From: Octopus vulgaris
Lineage: Eukaryota
Assembly (NCBI GenBank): GCA_951406725.2
Contig: OX597817.1
Location: 147,498,001 to 147,562,000 of the forward strand
Length of the DNA: 64,000 bases
Direction: 5' to 3'
Shown here: in pieces, positions 57,395 through 64,000 of the stretch
Layout of the letters: each line of letters begins with the position of its first letter
Position numbering within the stretch: the first letter of the stretch is position 1
Position numbers and translations under genes: made by a program
The notes under the pieces: model-generated
What the model was told of the DNA's origin: nothing
Database searches by the model: none
What the model saw: the letters and a program-made list of their open reading frames with translations, nothing else

Positions 57395-57444
57395 CCAGTA
57401 TTACTGTGATTTCGAACTTTGAGAACTTAGTTCTCGTCAGCGAG
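57395..57444 (-). ncRNA. Type I hammerhead motif, inverted diverged copy
   Basis: CUCG-CUGACGA-GAAC...GUUC-GAAA-UCACAGUAA-UA-CUGG; mismatches in stems I and III. Confidence 0.6.
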
Positions 57445-57909
57445 GCTTACTAACACTCAAGGTTGTAGAGTTTATTCATCTCAACCAATGTGTCTCATGA
57501 ATTTTTTTAATGCCGCAGCAAATTTAAAAGGGTGATCGAAATATATGACGGACACTTCAATTTTCGGTCATTTTCGTTATTGGTATGGGGGTTCGTACGT
57601 TTTTTATTCATTTGTCCACTTTCATTTTAGTGTTTCAGTGGTAATTTGTGGTTTAGTCATTTTGACTGCTACGTCAGCATACTGGTAGTACCTGTTAGAA
57701 GCCTAAATTATTAATTGATAATTTATAGCGTTATAGGTATTTTTACTCATGCTAAAACATTGATATTATAAACAATGATTTCCCTATATATATATATTTA
57801 AATAATTTTTATTCCCATCGATCACCTTTTAAAATTTGCTGCAGCATTAAAAGGGTCATCACACCCATTGGTTGAGAGGAATAAGCTCTAACCCTGTATG
57901 TAAGTAAGA

Positions 57910-57964
57910 CTCGCTGATGAGAACAAAGAGTATTTCTCAAAGTTCGAAATCACAGTGATACGGG
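57910..57964 (+). ncRNA. Type I hammerhead ribozyme, core intact
   Basis: CUCG-CUGAUGA-GAAC..GUUC-GAAA-UCAC A GUGA-UA-CGGG; all three stems pair; predicted cleavage after 57960 (AUA). Confidence 0.8.
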
Positions 57965-58159
57965 AATGCCTGACTTTTTAATTTTGAATTATTTTCGTTA
58001 TTGTTACGGGTTTCTTAAGGATTTTATTAATTTTCTCGCTTTCGTCTTAGTGTTTAAATGATAACTTGTGGTTTGGTCATTTTGAGTACTATGCCAGCAT
58101 GCTGGTGCTGCCTGGTAGTAACGTAAAATTATTAATTGATAATTGATAATATATATAAA

Positions 58160-58196
<37 letters not shown>

Positions 58197-58285
58197 ATAG
58201 TTGTATATACATACATACACAGACACATTTATATAGTATAGCTACCAATACAAAAGAAGAATATATATATATACGTATATCCATC

Positions 58286-58377
<92 letters not shown>

Positions 58378-58561
58378 TATAAATCTATATATACATATAG
58401 AGAGAGAGAGACGGTGGGAGAAAGACGGGAGAGGGAGTGGGAGGGAGGGAGTAGGGAGAGCTAGTACAGAGAGATTGACATAAGCAGTGAAAACTCAAAC
58501 TTTGTATTTAGACTTTCTATATATGTATATATGTATATATATGTACAAATATGTATGTATG

Positions 58562-58610
<49 letters not shown>

Positions 58611-58612
<2 letters not shown>

Positions 58613-58861
58613 TCAGTAAATCATAAATCCGAAAAGAAGCAAACTCTAAGTTATCGAGCAGTAGAATATATAGACAAAGATACATATGGCTGGTTTATAT
58701 GGTCACCCAATGTGTCACGTCCATATAGCACTTGGCTTTATAGCGTCTCTTCAGACCGAAAGTTTCCAGCGGATTTTAGACCAACAGGTTTAGGGCCTGA
58801 AGAAACGATGTTAAGCTAAACGCTTTAGGGCCTAAAGCCACGGAAAACTCCATAAACCAGC

Positions 58862-58869
<8 letters not shown>
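58611..58869. repeat. Tail-plus-foldback insert between microsatellites
   Basis: Diverged arms tacatatggctggtttat...tcttcagacc / ggcctgaaga...ataaaccagctatatgta (58681-58869). Confidence 0.65.
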
Positions 58870-58893
<24 letters not shown>

Positions 58894-58989
58894 TGTATGT
58901 ATGTATGTATGTATGTATGCATGTATGCATATATGTATGTATGTATGTATGTATGTATATATCTATCTATCTATTTATCTATCTATCTA

Positions 58990-59850
58990 AAGTATCTCAT
59001 GTGGTCAAATGACATGCATGCAATATGAAAATAAACTGATGAATATAACATGCAGTTCAATGCTGAAAAGTCGGCCCACAAACAGATTACAATCGAAATA
59101 CATATGAACAAGGAGCAATATAATGCCAGAATTATAATCGGTGCATGATCTGCGAATCCATACGATGCAACATTCCATGTGCATATTTCAATGATGGCAA
59201 CATTGTGCAAGTGAGTAGCTGGATGGCTCCTTAGATCATTTAAAACCAGGAATAAGGAAACCTTGCTACTCCTATGAAGGAGATTTGTCCTCGGCCGTCT
59301 GAATTACTGTTCCTAACTGTGGTCGCCGCAGGGTGACAGATTGGTGGCAGAACTTGAGGTAATCCAGCGCCACTACACAAAGAAGATTGGCTCGGTGAAA
59401 CAGATAGGCTACTGGGAGTGGCTACGATAACTGAAGCTCTACTCTCTGGAAAGAGGGCGAGTAAAGAATGCTGTGATATACATATAGAAGATCCTGGAAC
59501 GTCTAACTTCCAAATTTGGAATTAAAAGCAATACCAACCACCGAACTGGGCGGCACTGAATAATACCAAAGATACCATCTTCTTCATCTCAGATAAGGAC
59601 CCAGTATTGCAACAGCTTGGGATTCAAGGAACCTCAGTTGTTTAAAATCCTGCCAAGGAGCCTAAGAGACCCGCAAAGTGTAAATGTGGAAACCTTCAAA
59701 AAGCACCTGAAGAAATTTCTATCTGAAATTTCATTTGAACACATATCGCGACAGGAAGCTCGAAGAAGAGCAGCTCCGTCTAACTCGCTTCTACACCAAA
59801 AACAGTGCAGAAAAGAAACCTCAAAACACTGAAAGGCGGTGCTCCAGAGT
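58990..59850 (+). pseudogene. CR1/L2-group LINE ORF2 3' part plus tail
   Basis: NMQFNAEK, GWLLRSFKTR, LEVIQRHYTKKI, LKLYSLER, NSLGFKEPQLFKILPRSLR, AAPSNSLLHQ, then aaggcggtgctccag; in-frame stops. Confidence 0.88.
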
Positions 59851-60456
59851 AGAAAAGAATATATATTATTTTATTCTTTTATGCGTTTCCGCCCAAAGAA
59901 ATACACACATACATACATATATTTTGTGTTTGTTTGAAAATATTTTTTTTTGTGTTCGTGTATGATAAGAGCGTTCGCCAGCTAATTATGTAGCCAGGCT
60001 TCTGAAAGTAGATTTAAATATATTTGATTATGAAAGATGTCTTACAGATTTAAAATTCTGTTTCACCGCTTACGGTGTTTTGAACGGCAAACTTGAATCA
60101 GTTTGAAGCCTGAATATATAATTTTAAAGCAAGAATGAATGAAGGAAGGGAAGAGATGGAATGGAATGGAATGGAAGAGAATTATGCGAGGAAATGGTTA
60201 TATTAAGAGTGGTTTGATATAATATAAGGAAGGAAGGCATGTAGAAGAAGAACAAAGGGGAAGAGAGGATAAAGAAGAAAAGGTAGCTTTGTATAAGCTA
60301 TAGCATCTGCTCAAGCAGGTACTACTGCTAAATTCTACTGCGTTTGTTGAAATTCAGGCATGATACAGAAAAGCTAGAATGTACTTCCTTAGAGGCGGTT
60401 ATCCCCGGAGAAAAAACGTGGATTTAAAAAGGCAGTGTTCCGCAATCAGGTAGAAC

Positions 60457-60687
60457 GGAGAGCTGGCAGAAACGTTAGCACGCCGGGCGAAATGCGTAGC
60501 CGTATTTCGTCTGTCGTTAACGTTCTGAGTTCAAATTCCGCCGAGGTCGACTTTGCCTTTCATCCTTTCGGGGTCGATAAATTAAGTACCAGTTACGTAC
60601 TGGGGTCGATGTAATCGACCTAATACCTATGTTTGTCCTTGTTTGTCCCCTCTGTCTTTAGCCCCTTGTGGGTAATAAAGAAATAGG
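60457..60687 (+). mobile_element. SINE family B monomer with TSD
   Basis: Flanking direct repeat aggtagaacggagag. Confidence 0.92.
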
Positions 60688-60908
60688 TAGAACGGAGAGC
60701 ACATGAAAAGGGTACGGCTGGTATTTAATGTTAACTACACGAAATTCGGATGCCGGAGACTCTTCGAAAGGTATTTACCTTGTAACAATAGAGAAAGCAA
60801 AATATCTTCAAGTAAATCTGAGAACATTTCTGGTGGGTCATTATACTAATAATAAACACATGCACTGGTTCTATTTCATTTCTTTTATCATTATTAGTCA
60901 ATTAGTCA

Positions 60909-61090
60909 AAGCGGTGAGCGGGCAGAATTATTAGCACGCCGAGCAAATTGCTTAGTAGTATTTTGTGCGTCCTTACGTTCTGAGTTCAAATTCTCTCGGG
61001 GTCAGCTTTAACTTTCAGTAGGGTCGATGTAATCGCTTTAAATCCCTCCCCAGAGATTACTGGTCTTCTGTCAAAATTTGAAACCATTAT
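60909..61090 (+). mobile_element. Old SINE family B with TSD
   Basis: Flanking cattattagtcaatt repeat. Confidence 0.75.
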
Positions 61091-61162
61091 TAGTCAATTG
61101 GTTAATATTATTTCATCATTCAACTATTCGATAGTTTGATTAATGGTACGGTGTGTGTGTGT

Positions 61163-61215
<53 letters not shown>

Positions 61216-61237
61216 TATATTTTTATTATTATTTTTA

Positions 61238-61540
61238 TACTTGTTTCAGTCTATTAGGTGACCAAGCTGGGGCAACGCCTCGAAGAATTATAGTCGAACC
61301 TAGTACTTATATTTTGTACAGCCTGGTACTTATTTTAGCAGTCGCTTTTACCAAACTGCTAGTTTTACGAGGACATAAACGATCAGACACCGGTTGTCAA
61401 GCAGACGTGGTCGACAAACAAGCTTCTTTCAGTTTCCACCTATTAACTCCTCTCACAAGGCTTTGGTCGGCCCGAGCTTGTAGCGGAAGACACTTGCCCA
61501 AGATGAAACGCTGTGTGACTGAACCTGGAACCGCCTGCGC
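61238..61540 (-). mobile_element. SINE family A, diverged and deleted
   Basis: Tail and core blocks. Confidence 0.75.
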
Positions 61541-61544
61541 ATAT

Positions 61545-61788
61545 GCTCTTTTACTCTTTTACTTGTTTCAGTCATTTAACTGTGGTCATGCTGGAACACC
61601 GCCTTTAGTCGAGCACATCGACCACAGAACTTATTGTTTATAAGCCTAGTACTTATTCTATCGGTCTGTTTTGCCGAACCGCTAAGTCACGGGGACGTAA
61701 ACACATCAGTGATGTTGCGGGGACAAACACAGACACACAAACATATACACAAACATACATACATATATATATATATGTACACACACAG

Positions 61789-61833
<45 letters not shown>

Positions 61834-61838
61834 CACAA

Positions 61839-61879
<41 letters not shown>

Positions 61880-61880
61880 G

Positions 61881-61929
<49 letters not shown>

Positions 61930-62088
61930 CGACGGGCTTCTTTCAGTTTCCGTCTCCCAAATCCACTCACAAGGCTTTGGTTGGCCCGAGGCTATAGTAG
62001 AAGACACTTGCCCAAGTTGCCACGCAGTGGGACTGAACCCGAAACCATGTAGCTCCTAAGCAAAGTGCTTACCACACAGCCACTCCCA
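61545..62088 (-). mobile_element. SINE family A, full length with expanded internal microsatellite
   Basis: All family blocks; internal compound repeat of about 200 bp. Confidence 0.9.
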
Positions 62089-62362
62089 CACGTATATATG
62101 CACTTCTAAAATATAGATGTGTATGTATATGCGCATATGGCTCTCTATCTACGTAACCATCCATATTGAAGGTTCGGATGATAATACTTTGAAGTGACAG
62201 TCGACCTTCTTGTACTGGTTCAATAAACACACACTCTGGTAAATCAAGTGAATAATCCCAGGGTTTAATGTTAGGTTGTTTTTATCTATAACTTGATGTA
62301 AAAGCAAACAGTAATGCCTCTGAATATAATATCTATATACATACATATACATATATATATAC

Positions 62363-62414
<52 letters not shown>

Positions 62415-62494
62415 TATATATCAATATCTCTGTCTGTCTGTCTCCCTCTGTATGTATGTATGTATGTATGTATATATATATATATAAAACTTAC

Positions 62495-62640
62495 TTGGAA
62501 AAGGATGCGTGGCGCTCGATCATATAGATAATATATGAATATATGCATATATACATATATATATGTACATACCTACATATATATGTACATATACATGCAT
62601 ATATGAAAAAACGTTGAATACAATGAGAAAGGAAAACGTG
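62495..62640 (-). mobile_element. Partial second copy of the 29127 element
   Basis: acttggaaaaggatgcgtggcgctcgatcatata is close to the reverse complement of the 29604-29638 tail and continues into arm sequence. Confidence 0.7.
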
Positions 62641-62676
62641 TGTATTTGTGTTTGCATGTGTGTTTATATCTATCTT

Positions 62677-62764
<88 letters not shown>

Positions 62765-63684
62765 GCTAGCTAGCTAGCTAACTAGCTATATCTAGCTATC
62801 TTTTAATGCATGTACATAAAGTTTGTGTATATGTCTGTATAATATATCTATGTTTTTATGTATGTGAAAATATATTCGTGTGTTTATGCGTTGTCCTTTT
62901 GCGTATGTGTGTGTGTGTGTGTTGGCGTGTGTGTGCGAGTATTTAATGGTTTGATGTGTGTACCTGTGCATGTTTTAGCCTATCCGTGCGTGTGTGTATG
63001 TCTTGCAAAAGTCATTTTCATACATCAGCGTGTATCAGCCAACAAATGGTTGTTACGTGACTCTCATCCGGATTTTGCAAATGTCCACATATTAAGCAAA
63101 ATATTCAGATTGTTTATAATACTACAACGTAACCAAACTAAGGCAACTTAAGATGCTGGCCTGAGAGAACGCGTCATCGATCTTTTAATATATTCTCTTT
63201 GAAGATAACCTTTGCGTATTGAGTAATGTACACAGCAAGTACAAGCATGCATCCAATATGTTCCAGTATCATGCTTTTAAATTCTCATCATTTCTTCCCA
63301 TGAAATATAAGACAGCGAAGTGTGTTTGTTCAGGTAGTGGGTGAAAGAGGAGAAGCAGGTAGACAATTGGAGATTTTGCCAAATAAAAGTTGATTTATAG
63401 AGAAGTCTTTGTATGTGTGTATAAAGGAACGTAAATATGTATGCCTAAGAGACATGTACACACACTAGCACGCATATATACACACAGATGTACAGGGTCT
63501 AATATAGGAGAACGTAGCTGTGTGTATACTTAGAATTCTTTCTATATACGCATGCCCATTTACGGATATATGCAGACAAGAGTATGACACACCCATGGAT
63601 ATGTACACAGGAATTGGGAATATAAATTTGGGATTGATTGAAGAATATGGAACGGATATTCATACTATGTTGGAGACAAGAATA

Positions 63685-63780
<96 letters not shown>

Positions 63781-63870
63781 AATCTATCTATCTGTCTTCT
63801 GTCTGTCTGTCTGCCTATTTATCTGTCTGTCTATCTATCTGTCTGTCTGATTGTCTAGCTATCTAGCTAG
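63685..63870. repeat. (TATC)n/(TGTC)n microsatellite
   Basis: Long tatc array. Confidence 0.95.
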
Positions 63871-64000
63871 ATGAGTAGTTCGGTATCTCTCTATATACAT
63901 GTATATGTGTGTGTATACTAACAAATACACCATTATATATAAGTGTGTGTAACTTGATGTATGTGGATATTTATGCATATTTCCATTATATATATATATA

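Larger units (their letters stand above)
57385..58145 (+). mobile_element. Non-coding Penelope-like/retrozyme-like element (inverted 5' tail plus partial tandem)
   Basis: Inverted arms 57385-57538 / 57818-57974; direct repeats 57545-57724 / 57966-58145 (period 421); hammerhead in each arm; ends in (TA)n. Confidence 0.78.

Noticed and set aside
62170-62226. ggttcggatga...gtcgacc followed by aataaa
   Set aside because: Core too divergent and no GAAA

Overview
This is eukaryotic, AT-rich, non-coding DNA saturated with microsatellites ((TA)n, (CA)n, (TATC)n, (TATG)n, (CAC)n). The tRNA-derived SINE families and repeat mix resemble octopod cephalopod genomes (inference from recalled repeat families, not verified). 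I recognise no intact host gene: most ORFs in the track are translated microsatellites, SINEs or decayed transposons. Recognisable mobile elements are two abundant SINE families plus a third single-copy SINE, a full-length but decayed Tc1 (20936-22203), a mariner fragment, hAT and Tigger-type MITEs, a non-autonomous Helitron, a decayed R4/Dong-type non-LTR element with a duplicated 3' end, and CR1/L2-group LINE 3' ends that share their tail with a SINE. The most interesting signal is a set of small non-coding elements in or beside microsatellites. Three of them (2196-2861, 43616-44127, 57385-58145) show partial-tandem units of about 350-420 bp, two of these with an inverted tail as in Penelope-like elements. 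They carry type I hammerhead ribozyme motifs with a palindromic stem III. About a dozen hammerhead-like motifs from several unrelated families are present. Those at 57910-57964 and 28562-28646 keep all core nucleotides, and one family appears to use U instead of C at core position 3. Foldback-plus-tail inserts in (TA)n look like abortive products of the same process. Hammerheads in Penelope-like elements and non-LTR retrozymes are known in animals; I cannot tell from here whether these particular families have been described. All coordinates were read by eye.
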